This document shows positions 37,918-52,822 of a DNA stretch of 64,000 nucleotides, one piece after another; position 1 is the first letter of the stretch, and the number at the start of each line of letters is the position of its first letter. The position numbers and the translations under genes were made by a program. Below the pieces are notes generated by a model that saw only the letters and a program-made list of their open reading frames with translations, was not told the DNA's origin and ran no database searches. The DNA comes from Octopus sinensis (lineage: Eukaryota): NCBI RefSeq assembly GCF_006345805.1, contig NC_042998.1, positions 11,284,001 to 11,348,000 on the forward strand. Direction: 5' to 3'.

Positions 37918-38270
37918 TATGGACTCCGTGTGGGCAGTCATCTAACAGTTTTTGTTCGTCATGATGCTGACATAAGTTCCTTGTCTTTCCTGATGAGAAG
38001 ACGGCATAATGCACCCTTTATTCCTTCGGAATTAAGAATATGCAGTCTTCGAAACATATGTCGAGAATAAAGGAATTTTGTTAAATCGTCGTTCGACTCC
38101 ATTCTTTCATTTATCTATGGTAAAAAAACACACAAATTTCCACACGAAAGCACGTGATTTCTGCCCTTGGCATGTAGCTTCAACCGTGCTTTCTGACGTA
38201 AACTTGCTACCCGGGTATCGGTTAACCGAATTATCCATACTAGGATAATTCATTCAACTACTTAAACATG
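37916..38270 (+). mobile_element. (TA)n-flanked PLE-derived element carrying a hammerhead ribozyme
   Basis: ~350 bp between TA arrays, containing the motif at 37977-38075. The 3' part is homologous to 13656-13760. Confidence 0.6.
37977..38075 (+). ncRNA. Type I hammerhead ribozyme (predicted cleavage after GUC at 38062)
   Basis: Stem I 37977-37989/38063-38075 (4 bp, 3x3 loop, 6 bp); CUGAUGA 37990-37996; stem II GAAGAC/GUCUUC extended by GCAUA/UAUGC; GAAA 38051-38054; palindromic ACAUAUGU stem III; C17 at 38062. Confidence 0.8.
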
Positions 38271-38332
<62 letters not shown>

Positions 38333-38347
38333 TATCCATATATATAT

Positions 38348-38389
<42 letters not shown>

Positions 38390-38397
38390 ATATATAT

Positions 38398-38454
<57 letters not shown>

Positions 38455-39151
38455 CATACATATGCATACCTGGGAGCAACTGTTTTATCGAAAGCGTACA
38501 GTGTTGTTAAATGCTCGAAATACGAGACTAGAAAAACAGTCAACAACTGATGAAGGGTCGTTCTTTATGTTTTTTGTTTTGTTTTCCATTTGTGTCTTTC
38601 TTTGTTCGAGGTAACAGTTCATGTTCCATGTACTCGTACTTCGTACTTTCTTGTTATACACGTATCGTGACGTACTGTATGTATATATACGTATAGATGT
38701 AAATATCTATATATATATGTATACATGCATATATATATATATATATATATAGATAAGAAAGTTGGTTTGTGAAAGCACGTGGGTGAATATATAGAAAATA
38801 GTAAAGAGTGAAAAAACTACAGAAGGCTTAAATGTTAAATATATATATATTTGCGTCAATATGTCTGAAGAATATTAGAAAATTAAAAAAAAAAATTTTT
38901 TCTCTTATAATGACATAATTTAAAAGAATGACCGGTTTCGCGTGTAGCTTTTCAAATTTCTTGCGACGTTATGTTTATGTTTATATATATATATATATGT
39001 GTATATATATATATGTATATTTCCTGTTAATAAAAGTGTTGTGCGTGCGTACTGTTATTTGATAAATGAAAAAAAGCATAGTAAATATACAATGACGGAT
39101 AAAACGTATGTGTATAGAACCGTACGAGAGATAGATACAGAGGATCGTTAA

Positions 39152-39325
39152 TTTTTCATAAGTTATCAACGAAATGGTAATACTCAGTTTACATTTTTTT
39201 GTCTTGTTTGCTTACGACCTTACACTCTCTGCAACGTTCGCAGGCAGCATCAATATAGCAAGTCCTCGGTCTTATCAAATAGTGCCAAATTGAGTATTAC
39301 CATTTGTTTTATAACTGATGAAAAA
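39152..39325. mobile_element. Small MITE-like element with ~39-bp inverted repeats
   Basis: tttttcataagttatcaacgaaatggtaatactcagttt (39152-39190) versus the reverse complement of 39287-39325. Confidence 0.6.
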
Positions 39326-39404
39326 CTGGGCAACCTCAGTGTCTGGCCCACGTCCGGTTATATACACATTCGCTTTTCATCTGTCTTTTTTTCATTTATT
39401 ATTT

Positions 39405-39435
<31 letters not shown>

Positions 39436-39503
39436 ATATATATATATATATACATACAACATATATATATATATATACATACATACATACATACATACAT
39501 ACA

Positions 39504-39535
<32 letters not shown>

Positions 39536-39716
39536 GATATGAACATATATAATGCATTATATAAAAAATACACAAGCAGACACCTACAGACATGTATATA
39601 TATATATGCATGTATGTTTGTATGTATGTATATATGTATGTATATGATTTTTCACCCGAATTTTGTCATCTCATCACTAGTTATCGGTCACTGTGAGGCA
39701 GGAAGAGAGAAAGAGA

Positions 39717-39801
<85 letters not shown>

Positions 39802-40090
39802 AAAGAAGGCTCTTAGAAGGAGGCGATTTGCCTCCTATTACGGTTCTTATCTGTCTTGAAATAAACTCGTTTAATATATGTATTTAATCAAATACATTTT
39901 ACACTTTTATAATTTGTTATGCTCAAATGAAGCAGAAATAATGGCCTCAGAGTGGCTCTTGTTGCCTCGTTATAGCCTGACCCATATTTATGTCATCTAT
40001 ACAAGGTTTCTGTAAAACGGCCTTGAGAGTTAAACGTACTTCGAATATCGAACGCTGATTGTGTGCTAACTTATGCATCCTGGCAGATTA

Positions 40091-40130
<40 letters not shown>

Positions 40131-41910
40131 CTAGCTCTCTCTCTCTCTCTCCTTTTGTGTGTGTGAGTATATATATATATAGTGGTGTTTATACAAGTTA
40201 ATTGTTTCTGATTTTGGTTCAAAAAAGGATTTTTTTTAATAGACGGTGTTAGTCGATACCATCACACACAATATTTCACTGGTACTTAATTTTATCAACC
40301 TTGCAGAGAGGAAAGGCAAAGTTGGATGCGACGGGATTTGAACTCAAATAGGTAAGAGTAAGAACAGGAAATGCAAAGTATTTTTCGCGACGAGTTAAGG
40401 ATTCCACCAACTTGCCACCTTGGGATTATACAAAGTAATGAAATAAATACTAATATTTAAGAAATGCAACTGTTTTTATAATAACTGATAGCAAATACAG
40501 CGCGTATTCGTTGCATATACGTAGGATAGTTATACTTTGTATCGTGATCCAGCATCAATGTTACTCTCATATGAGAGTGTTTTAATGTTAGAAATGTGTG
40601 TGGGGTGCGTGTGTGTGTGTCTGATGAATGTGCATCTATGTGTGCACTTGTTGAAAATCAAAAGGTTACTGACTATTAGCTGCATTTTTTCTGGGTCTTT
40701 AGTTCTTTTGTAGGGTTATTGATACTAACCTTCGCCTATTTCTTTAGTTCTGGTTTTGTTGGACTTATCCTATTGAATCTTGTTGGTGTTTGATCTAAAA
40801 TTACTCAATCTGTTATTTTTCCTTCTTTCCCACTCCAACAAATTTATGACATCTTACTGACAACTTGACATCTTCCTGAAACATTGCTGACATCTGCCGA
40901 CATCTACTGACATCTTGCAAATATATGAAATCGTTACTCTATTGTCGCGGAAATGCTATTATATTACTTATTTTCATAGTGTCACGTTTGCTCTGGTTAA
41001 GTACGTTGTCGCTGAGCATTTTATTACTGAAATTTCAGTTTTGATTTTTGTCAAGAACACAGTGAATGGGTCTATTGTTGCTACTAATATGAAAAGAGTT
41101 GACATCGTGATGCAATGTTCAAATTACTTTTAATAATCATCTCAAAAAATAGAAATTATGATTTATAAGATTTAAATAAAATTACAGTTATAAATTCTTA
41201 GTTTTACAGTGAATATACAAAATGAAATAAAACAACAATTCCTTTCATTCAAAACTCTGTCTTTTATTTCTGTTTCTGCTGGCCTAACCGTAGGATGTTT
41301 GACTAAAATACAGTAAGTAATTAGAGATGTAAGATACTTAATAAACAGTAATGAATAACATTTCTATTTTCTACATTGCATATTTGAGTTGTTTTAACCT
41401 TTTAGAAGATCAGAACTTCTCAAAACTTCTATATTTTAGAAGAGGCCCTACAGAAATGTTTAGTAGTTTTAATGAATTTTGATTTTTCTACAACAAATGT
41501 GCAGCCCAGAAAAGTCTTACATTAGTAATATAGTAAGTGGAAAACTTTGATTAACGAAGATTATCCATGCAATTGATAAAATTTTCTTCTAGGAATTTTT
41601 AAAAACTAAAAATAACAATCTGTGACATATCTGCAATAAAATTAATTAATTTAATTAATTTTTGGAAGATATAAAAAATGCAGAATGCGTAGAACATGCT
41701 TCGTTGGGGTGCTCAGTTGCTTTCAACAGTTAGCTATAAAGACCAGGTCCACTACTATTACGCGTTTCCTATGTTTTTCAAAAACTTTCAATTAATTGAT
41801 TGTTTTGGATATTTTCTTTTGCTTATTGTTTTCAGACTTCAAGACACTCTAAAAGGATGATCGTTTATTAACTACGTGATGAATTTCAGTTAATCCGTTT
41901 TCATTTCACT

Positions 41911-42300
41911 TTTTATGGAAGCATTCCGTCGGTTACGACGACGAGGGTTCCAGTTGATCCGAATCAACGGAACAGCCTGCTCGTGAAATTAACGTGTAAG
42001 TGGCTGAGCACTCCACAGACACGTGCACCCTTAACGTAGTTCTCGGGGATATTCAGCGTGACACAGGGAGTGACAATGTCGGCCCCTTTGAAATACAGGT
42101 ACAACAGAAACAGGAAGTAAGAGTGAGAGAAAGTTGTGGTGAAAGAGTACAGCAGGGATCACCACCATCCCCTGCCAGAGCCTCGTGGAGCTTTAGGTGT
42201 TTTCGCTCAATAAACACTGACAACGCCCGGTCTGGGAATCGAAACCGCAATCCTATGACCTCGAGTCCGCTGCCCTAACCACTAGGCCATTGCGCCTCCA
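41911..42300 (-). mobile_element. SINE family B2, full length with target-site duplication
   Basis: Same tRNA head as 28101 but a different 3' half; TSD ttttcatttcact at 41898-41910 and 42301-42313. Confidence 0.9.
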
Positions 42301-42610
42301 TTTTCATTTCACTATACTACATATCATGAGACCATACCTTATTTGTATTTAGTATGAAAAAAACTTGGCAGAGGTTATCTTACCCTCAGCCATATTAGTA
42401 AAATTTTGCTTTTTACTTTTGCTGTTGCTGTTTTGTCCTATTAAACTTTCTGTTCCAGCAGACAAATAATCAAAGGCATTCAAACTGCAATCGTTTCATA
42501 TTTTTGATGGTGTGCAGAATTACTTTGTGTAACGTTTACTTTCTTTATCTTATATAGCAGAGTGTGATTTGAGAGAAATTTCAGTGGTGTTTCAAATAAA
42601 TCAAGTAATA

Positions 42611-42893
42611 GGCGCAGGAGTGGCTGTGTGGTAAGTAGCTTGCTAACCAACCACATGGTTCCGGGTTCAGTCTCACTGCGTAGCATCTTGGGCAAGTGTA
42701 TTCTGCTATAGCCCCGGGCCGACCAATGCCTTGTGAGTGGATTTGGTAGACGGAAACTATAGTCACTTAGTGGTTCGGCAAAAGAGACCGATAGAATAAG
42801 TACTGGGCTTACAGTCCCGGGGTCGAGTTGCTCGACTAAATGCGGTACTCCAGCATGGCCGCAGTCAAATGACTGAAACAAGTAAAAGAGTAA
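42611..42893 (+). mobile_element. SINE family A with internal deletion
   Basis: Head and tail present; the central (TA)/(TG) segment is deleted after gacggaaact. Confidence 0.9.
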
Positions 42894-43291
42894 TCATGTA
42901 GAGGCTCCTTTGGTGGTTATTATATTTACCTTTTGTTCCAAAGCTAACGTCGAAGTTACTTAGGATCTGCTTTAAATTCAAAATCAGGTTGATGCGCTCG
43001 CAGATATCTCTCATACTTAATGAAGAAAACAGATTAGTCACCAAATATCTGTTTTACAACATATTTGGAATTAGTTTATCTGTTTGTATGTTTGAAGCAT
43101 TAAAAAGATATTAACCTATTTACAGTATTCAGCATGGCGTCAGTCCTCGTCAGAACTGAGTCGATCATATAACTTTACCGTGTCTTTAACATAAACGCTA
43201 TCGTAGTCCCTCGACTATCGTGAGTGTTACGTTCGAACCACCCCCACGCGATATACTGTATATTTTTCTTATTATTTTCATAATTTGTATA

Positions 43292-43709
43292 TACTCTTTA
43301 CTCTTTTTACTCTTTTACTTGTTTCAGTCATCTGACTGCGGCCATGCTCGAGCACCGCCTTTAATCGAGCAACTCGACCCCGGGACTTATTCTTTTGTAA
43401 ACCCAGTACTTATTCTATCGGTCTCTTTTGCCGAACCGCTAAGTAACGGAGACATAAACACACCAGCATCGGTTGTCAAGCAATGCTAGGGGGACAAACA
43501 CAGACACACAAACACACACACGCATATATATATATATACATATATACGACGGGCTTCTTTCAGTTTCCGTCTACCAAATCCACTCACAAGGCTTTGGTCG
43601 GCCCGGGGCTATAGTAGAAGACACTTGCCCAAGGTGTCACGCAGTGGGACTGAACCCGGGACCATGTGGTTGGTAAACAAGCTACTTACTACACAGCCAC
43701 TCCTGCGCC
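43292..43709 (-). mobile_element. SINE family A, full length
   Basis: Near-identical to 16247-16656. Confidence 0.92.
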
Positions 43710-43998
43710 TATATTTATTTTATTATAAATGCAAAACACCACCACGGAGGAATCGACGTAAGCTTGAATAAGAAACCGTGATAGGTGAACCGCGACATGG
43801 CGAGGGATCACTGTATTAATATGTTGTGAATAGTTCAATCAGTTATACTTCCTCTTCTTCAGAACTTATGTTTGAACCATCGTTAGTTAGTGTTGCTCTA
43901 TTACTCAGTTCAGCTGTAATTAGCCGATATGACACGAAAGTATATTATTTACCCTTAAACATCAATTGTTATTTCCTATCTGTCTGTCTGTCTGTCTC

Positions 43999-44037
<39 letters not shown>

Positions 44038-46946
44038 GTCTCTGTCTGTCTGTCTCTCTCTCTATCTATCTATCTATCTATCTATCTCTCTGACAATGTG
44101 TCTTGCTCGAAACATTAGACTTCTATTCTTGCTCACAGCAAAACAGTTACCCACTGCCCGAAATAGTATTACATTTTGCTGATGAAGAATATCCTTTTTT
44201 CTCAGTGTTTTACTAAATACATAAGTAGCCGATCGAAGCACTAAACGTTATCCAGCGATGCCTGCTAGAGAACCACATTTCACAATTTTTATCTTGTATA
44301 GAGGATTCAGGCAAGCAAGAGGTTCATTATTCTTTTACATTTAAATTTTGGGATGCACAACAGATGCAGAATACTGCGGGTTATTTTTTATTCTGCTAAT
44401 GTTTTTAGCATGTGTGTGTGTATGTTTCTATGTTTGCCTTATATCTATGGTTGGGTTAGCTTTCTTTCGTGATATTGCAATAGTGGTCTGAGATACGTTA
44501 TTAATGTCAGGATGTTTGTCGATAGTGGAATCTATAGTTGTAAAGACCCTTGTGACAATAAAGTATTCCTTTTGCGTGGCTTGTCATCGTGAGTTTTGTT
44601 TTGTTTTTGTTTTTTGCTCAGAGAAAAGCCTATTTATGAATTAAAGTGTAAGTTATTCTTGCTGTTTAACCCTAGTTTTGCTCTGATCAAACAGATCTAT
44701 GATAACAGGCATTATAGTCGTGAATGTCTCATCACTTTGCATATCTGTGACTACACTCTGCAATGTGCACTTCCTTGTTTTTAAGGTCAAACTTGTACAG
44801 GCTTTCTCATTGACTCACAAACGGACTGGGTCGTCTTATCTTAATTTCAGTAAAGTATGTAACACTACGAAAGCTTTGTTAAATAAATGAAAACCTATTT
44901 TATGATATTTAATCAAAGTGATTAATCTTTTAACTGATAGGAGTAATTGTTGGCTAATCACGTACTTTTCTAACATCAATAAACTCATATGAACGTTTGA
45001 CGTCATAACTTATATTCAACAAATATGTTTAAAACAACTCACATAAATGACCTTCAGTTTCTTTGGAAAGTTATCACATTAAAATAATATTAAATTTAAC
45101 AAAAACGCTTTCTTATATGATTCCCAAACCTTTCTTGATTTATATTTTGATAGCATTTCCATACTTATAATATGACCTGTACCACTGAGTAAGAGATAAA
45201 TTTGCGAGAATCGACATCTGCTACTTCGTTTCTTATCTCAGCAGTTGTATATTTTAGTTCATTTACGCTGTATGAACTTCAACACTCCCGTTTCTTTCTC
45301 CTTTTAACTGGATATGTTTAGTTACTATTTAATAGATCACTATAATGGCGTGATCAAGAACTAGGTGAAATAATAAAATATTAGCTCTCTTTCTTGCAAT
45401 CTGGACATAAGTTTGATCGGCATACCGTTAATTTACAAATTTACGCTCAAACTCACTCATAAATACATGAGGAAAAATGGATACTAACAATAATACTCCT
45501 TATCAAGATGTTCTAAGAAAGTGTTCAAGATCTAATATATATTGTATGCAAACTGAATTTTGTGGGAAACGGTAAAAATAATTTAGATTCACTTAATACG
45601 ATTTCAGAAGGTTCTCGCTAAACTCATGACTAAAATCACTTATCTCCTCCATTTCCAATTCCGCTCTTATCATATATAGCATGATGATTTTAGTTTAAAC
45701 AGGAAAAATCCTATAAATTGAATGTTTAGTATAGTCTTATATAATTGAGATCTATTGATATAGTGTATTATGATACTGATATATCATCTAAAATATCTGA
45801 TATGATATTGCATCCTATATATTACATCTGGTTAACTTTTACTGTTATATTCCATTTCTGATATATGTTTCATGCATTCTTTCCCTTATTAATATTTTTC
45901 AGTTGGCAAGCAAAAGGAAATCTGGCGTTATAAATAAAATAACCATATAATTTTAGCTTCTAAAACAGACCACAAAACCTTCCATCAATGTTCATGAAAA
46001 GTAAATTTGGAAGCCTCTACATAGACGCTGATATTGCGAGAAATAATCACGAAATATCCTCCAAATCACATTTTACTCTAAAAGTAGAATGATACAATGG
46101 CTATTATAGTGCTGGATAATAAAATTATTAAAACAAAAGATGGAGTGATCATGACTGGGTCACCTTTGAAAATGGTGTATTCGACCTGTAGATAGAACAA
46201 CATTAGCATATAAACAAATTTGACGAAATATGTTTAATACAATATATATATATATTCAAAACTTTGCCATGAAAACAAAAACCCGATAAAAATGAGCCTT
46301 ATATTTTGAGTTCAACAAACGATTGCTTCTGAAGTTTTGAGACAAGTACCATATTCTCCCATTTTGATATTCTACGTTTTATGTATTTTTTTTACTCAGT
46401 CTGTGTCATTAAGAAATCAACTTTGCAATCACGAAGTCCCGCAGCATCTTGCATAAATGTTTTCCCCTTTTATCTATATTCAAGCTTTGTGAACAAAATG
46501 TTGTCGGCGTAAGCTCTTGAAGTGCCCAAAGAATGGGATACTTTGCGATATCTGATCTGGCTCCGCCTTCTGAGAGCAATATCTCGACGACACTGATGTC
46601 AGGCAATATCAGACTTACATTTTCGCAGACCACATCAGTGACGTGGAGAGGGGAGACTTACATGTACATGCACGTGCAGAGTGATGTCCAACTCTGGTTG
46701 ATGGAGACCTTAGAATAGAACTAAAAATTATAATCGTATTAACAATGCTTTATCTTAGGTATTAAGTTATTGAATCAGTTTGTAACAAATTTCATGGTAA
46801 ATTAAAATTTACCATGAAGGTATTAATTGTAAGAAACCTAATTTTTGATAATGCAGAAAGGACACACAGAAAAAATATACCCAGAAAACTTTTTCAAAAA
46901 GATTATTTTTCATGGCATACAGTTACATATGTCTGAGTACTGAGTG

Positions 46947-47007
<61 letters not shown>

Positions 47008-47819
47008 CTTGCGTGTGTGTTAGACATTGAGAGGGAGTAAGCAAAAGGGGTGGTGGAGGGGGAAGAGACAACGATTTACTAAAGCGAAGGTTTTATTCTA
47101 TACTCATGTTTCATGTATCCTATGTTTAGAAACAATTTATTAGAAACAACACCGTGACTCACTCTTTATCTGTCTCTCACACGTACACACACATGCGCAC
47201 ATACACGCACACACAGACACACACACACACAAACACACTCACACACACAAATCTCGTAATTCAACTAGACAACATACTATCTCTGAGTAATTCAAAATTT
47301 ATTGGGGTTATGACAAAAGTCTTCTTGAAAGATACAAGATGTTGCAGCTTGTAAAAATGAAGCTAAATCTTGTGATACTCCTGTCTATATAAAAGCAGAA
47401 CTTCTATGAAGCTGCTAAATTCAATATTGTAGATATAGCGTTGTAGTTCTTAATGTTACTGAGAGTTCTTTGTCCTTCTTAATCCTTTGCCTAAACAAAA
47501 CATTTTCATAAGTTTGTCCTAAACGTCCATGCTTGTTTTCAGACTTTTTGTCAACCCCTGTTACATACATTTTAAGTGATATAAAGTTTTCCTTTCATAT
47601 GTGCAATGTCAATCTGATAGTTGAAAAACAATTGGAAAAGCGTAAATGATGCGTGGAGACCAAAGAAACCAGTCCTGCGATCACAAGTGGTACACTAGAC
47701 AGGAAAAGAGTAAAGATAGTGTTTTAACACTAGAAGGAATTACTCTGAATATTATCGTCAACAGAATAATCTCTTAAAGGCTGCAATTATAACTTACTCA
47801 ATGGGTTAAGCATGGGGTT

Positions 47820-48035
47820 AATATTGGTCTCAAATTTTGGCACAAGGCCAGCAATTTCAGGGGAGTGGTAGATTCGATTACATCAACTCCAGTGTTCAAC
47901 TGTAACTTATTTATCGAACCCGAAACGATGAAAGATAATGTCGACGTTGGCAGAATTTAAACTCAGAACGTAAAGATGAACGAAATGCCGCTAAGCATTT
48001 TACCCGGCGCGCTAACCATTCTGCCAGGTCACTGC
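47820..48035 (-). mobile_element. SINE family C
   Basis: aaattttggcacaaggccagcaattt...ttatcgaacccgaaacgatgaaag...gaatttaaactcagaacg...cccggcgcgctaac. Confidence 0.75.
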
Positions 48036-48539
48036 TTTGCGTGGAGTTAATGTTAGATGCTTAGACTCTGTACTATATTTTTTTACCATTATTACGAACA
48101 AGATATTGTTATCTCGGTGAGCAACTGTGTTGTTAAAAGTTACTATCATCTTCACCTCATCTGGTGAACGTTTGAGGACATTTGTGTATTTACACAATAC
48201 AGGAATGAGAACCCAGAGAAAAAAATCAATACAGATGTAGAAGCTGAACCATGATTTTTTGTAATAGGAATAAATCACGGTATTGGTCTATTATGTTTTT
48301 TAAAGCTCGAAAACATGCTTACCACTCTCACTTTATTTGCGTTTTATTATGTAGATATCTCAGATATTTTGGCAAAGTATTAAATAGTTGTGGGCCCTTA
48401 AATCTCTAGTAATTTCAGTACACAGTCCTCGCTATAGACAGGATGGCTGACATTTTTGGAACAGTGCAGTGACGTCCAGTTCGGGGATTGGTATAGGTCT
48501 CTCAATGCCAAAGTTTTGTGCTAACCCCTCCAGGGTTTT

Positions 48540-48610
<71 letters not shown>

Positions 48611-48663
48611 TTTGTAATCATAGGAACTAACCTATTGGTCACAAACAGCGTTATATATTACAA

Positions 48664-49461
48664 CTAGCAGCATAGCCCGGCGTTGCCCGGGTATGTAAGA
48701 GCCCCTAGTAGGCAATGACTAATCCCAATCTAGTCCTTTCCCTCTAGGGAACGAAGGCGCATGTGTAGGTTGCAATGTCTTCTCTTCACCCCCAAATAAC
48801 TATCAAACAGCTATCGATAATTCAAACCAACCAATTCCTACCAGGAAGAAATTACATTCGAGACTTTACCCCCAACACCGCCACTTCTGCTAATAGCTGC
48901 TGCAGCCGCAAGTTATTCGAATACTTTTTTGTTTACACTTTCTTTATAACTGCCACCTCAAACGTTTTACCTTAAATTTATGACGTACTCTAAGGGTCCT
49001 CGGACGCTACTTGCAAACTCTTGGTTTATTATAAACCGCTTTTGTCGTGTGCATCAAAAAACCTTTTCCATTCGTTTGTTCAGTTTGGTCACTTTTGACT
49101 TTTTCGTTGTTGTCACTCACATTGCTGCCCGCTTTTTTGCCGTTTTTGTACATTTTTATACATTTTGGGATACTTACCCCACGTGTTCGGAGAGTCAAAA
49201 AGGTCGAGTTGCGTCCCCTAGACAGTCTGTAGAAAATGTGTTGCATATAAAAAGCTTAGATTCTCGACCCATGTCGAATTTATCGATTTATTTTCAGAAT
49301 TGGGGGAACTTTTCAAAATTTTCGCTGCGTTAGTTTTGAATTATGACATTGGGCTATGTGTGTGTCAAGTTTCATCAGAATCGGTTGAAAGCCGTGGTCA
49401 GGGTGTGGGTACAACCTGACAGACACACATACAGACAAACTGCCGTTTACGTATAGAGAGA
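48664..49461 (-). mobile_element. Non-autonomous Helitron
   Basis: 3' end cccgggcaacgccgggctatgctgCTAG|T at 48664; 5' end A|TCtctctatacgtaaac at 49461. Confidence 0.75.
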
Positions 49462-49842
49462 TTAACTACAACGGATATCTCCACCAAGTATAACTCTTTC
49501 GACTAACACCACCGGTCAAATACTCATTTTCCCCACTTACTCCATTCATCTAATTGAGGAAACGTACACAAAATGTCACTAAAATGTAAGCCTAAAGACT
49601 TAACGAAATTTTAACCTTTTTTTTTGCTTTCACCTTTCCTTTTCTTTTCTCTTTACCCCATTTATATTGCTCTAAATCATTCTAAAAATGTTTGTTAAAT
49701 TGAACGAGATAAATGCAAATTTACTTCGATTTGATAAACTGAAATAACTGAAATGGTTCTGAACTACAATTAAACTATGACATTTTAATACCAATGATCA
49801 ACTTCTCATTGTAATTATTGCTCCATTTCTTTTCTTTTCTTT

Positions 49843-50059
<217 letters not shown>

Positions 50060-50089
50060 AATATATATACATATATATGTATAAAAATT

Positions 50090-50510
50090 ATATATAAAAA
50101 TACAAAATGGGACAAGAACGCAAAACACACAAAGAGACGACACAAAAAACGGACGGGTCATTCGAAGCCTCTACTCTTCAGTCAGGAACCGGATCATCCT
50201 CGCAATTTCGGCTGATTAATCCTGAGATCGCTCCGATCCGGCCAGCCCCAAGGAAAAACTAAGCTACGAGCATTAGATTTCTTGGAAAAAGGATCGAATG
50301 TATACGAAACAAGGACAGAAAAACGGACGATGCCACGCGAATATAAATGCAAAAAACAAAAATAAAAGACAAGAATAGTAATAACAGGACAAAAACAGCG
50401 GGTGTCTTACGACTTTAGAGAGTTCACCTTATCTTAGCTGGCGTATTTGGAAATAAATGCCTTTGCGGCAGATGAAGAAAACGGTGTCGTCATGGCGGCG
50501 GTCAAAGGCC
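50090..50510 (-). mobile_element. Interspersed repeat, probably a PLE 3' region (homologue of 12420-12706)
   Basis: Shared core with 12420-12706; ends in (TA)n. Confidence 0.5.
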
Positions 50511-51858
<1,348 letters not shown>

Positions 51859-52745
51859 TTTATTATCATGCTTACTAAGAATCTCCTTATTAGATGATAA
51901 ATATCATATTCGTTTTTCAGTATTTTTCATTAAGGTATCTTTAATTGCAACAGGATGTTTGTTATTGTAGTTGATTTATCTTAAACCTTTATTTGGTTTA
52001 TGAAATGTTCATGCTTGCCACTAACAAGATTAAGGTTAGCATCCAAAAAATTTACACAACAGTTATCTTTTACAATCGAAAGACCTATTTAAAAGATATG
52101 CAGATTTATCTAATACAAGACTAGTCTCCTATGAGTAGTATTTTTAATAGCAAAGAGGGCATCGTTTCGATAAAGACCACCAATAAATTTAAGGAATTTA
52201 TCAGAGATTGCTTTGCAGCTAATTTAATATTGATCTACTCTTTGCTAATATTAGTAAAATTTATTTTAACAATTTTAACAATGAGTACTTTGATAAGGAC
52301 TATACGGTTAGCACAGGAATAATAACTTCTAATATCCACTTGTGAACATTTATATTTATTTTTATTTGTAATATTATTAAACCAATTTAAAAATCGGTAG
52401 GTATTAGACCATTATTCAAGATTAATTTTTTTTCCTAGCTATAGGTATATATCTAACTATAATGAGTTTACTAAGTTTACCATATATTGATATATATGTA
52501 TGTATGTGTGCATATGTATGTATAAGTATATATATGTCTGTCTATTTATTTATATCCAAATGTTTATGTATGTATGATTATATATTTTATTCTAATTTTT
52601 ATTTATCCCTACCTTTATATTTTTAGACTTATGGATATTCATCCACCTATTAGTGTCTATGTATGTGTATATGGATAGGATGGGTATATATGCCTAGATT
52701 GTATGTATATGTGTATGTATGTATATGCATATATATATATATATT

Positions 52746-52789
<44 letters not shown>

Positions 52790-52822
52790 TTGATGTGTGT
52801 ATATGTGTATATATATATATGT

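Noticed and set aside
38465-38560. Possible hammerhead (GAGCA...UGCUC-GAAA, and a downstream CUGAUGA)
   Set aside because: The core before stem II is incomplete and stem III does not pair; the downstream CUGAUGA has no matching stem II/GAAA.
38920-38975. Minus-strand GC-GAAA-CCGG-UC resembling a hammerhead 3' half
   Set aside because: No CUGANGA core upstream before the TA array.
44622-44647. 26-nt microexon candidate (strong polypyrimidine tract, GTAAGT donor; EKPIYELK)
   Set aside because: No recognisable product, and the surrounding minus strand weakly resembles a decayed PLE RT; unsupported without RNA data.
50150-50260. HDV-like ribozyme (CCUCGC loop, CCGGAUC/GAUCCGG stem)
   Set aside because: The order of elements does not fit the HDV double-pseudoknot topology.
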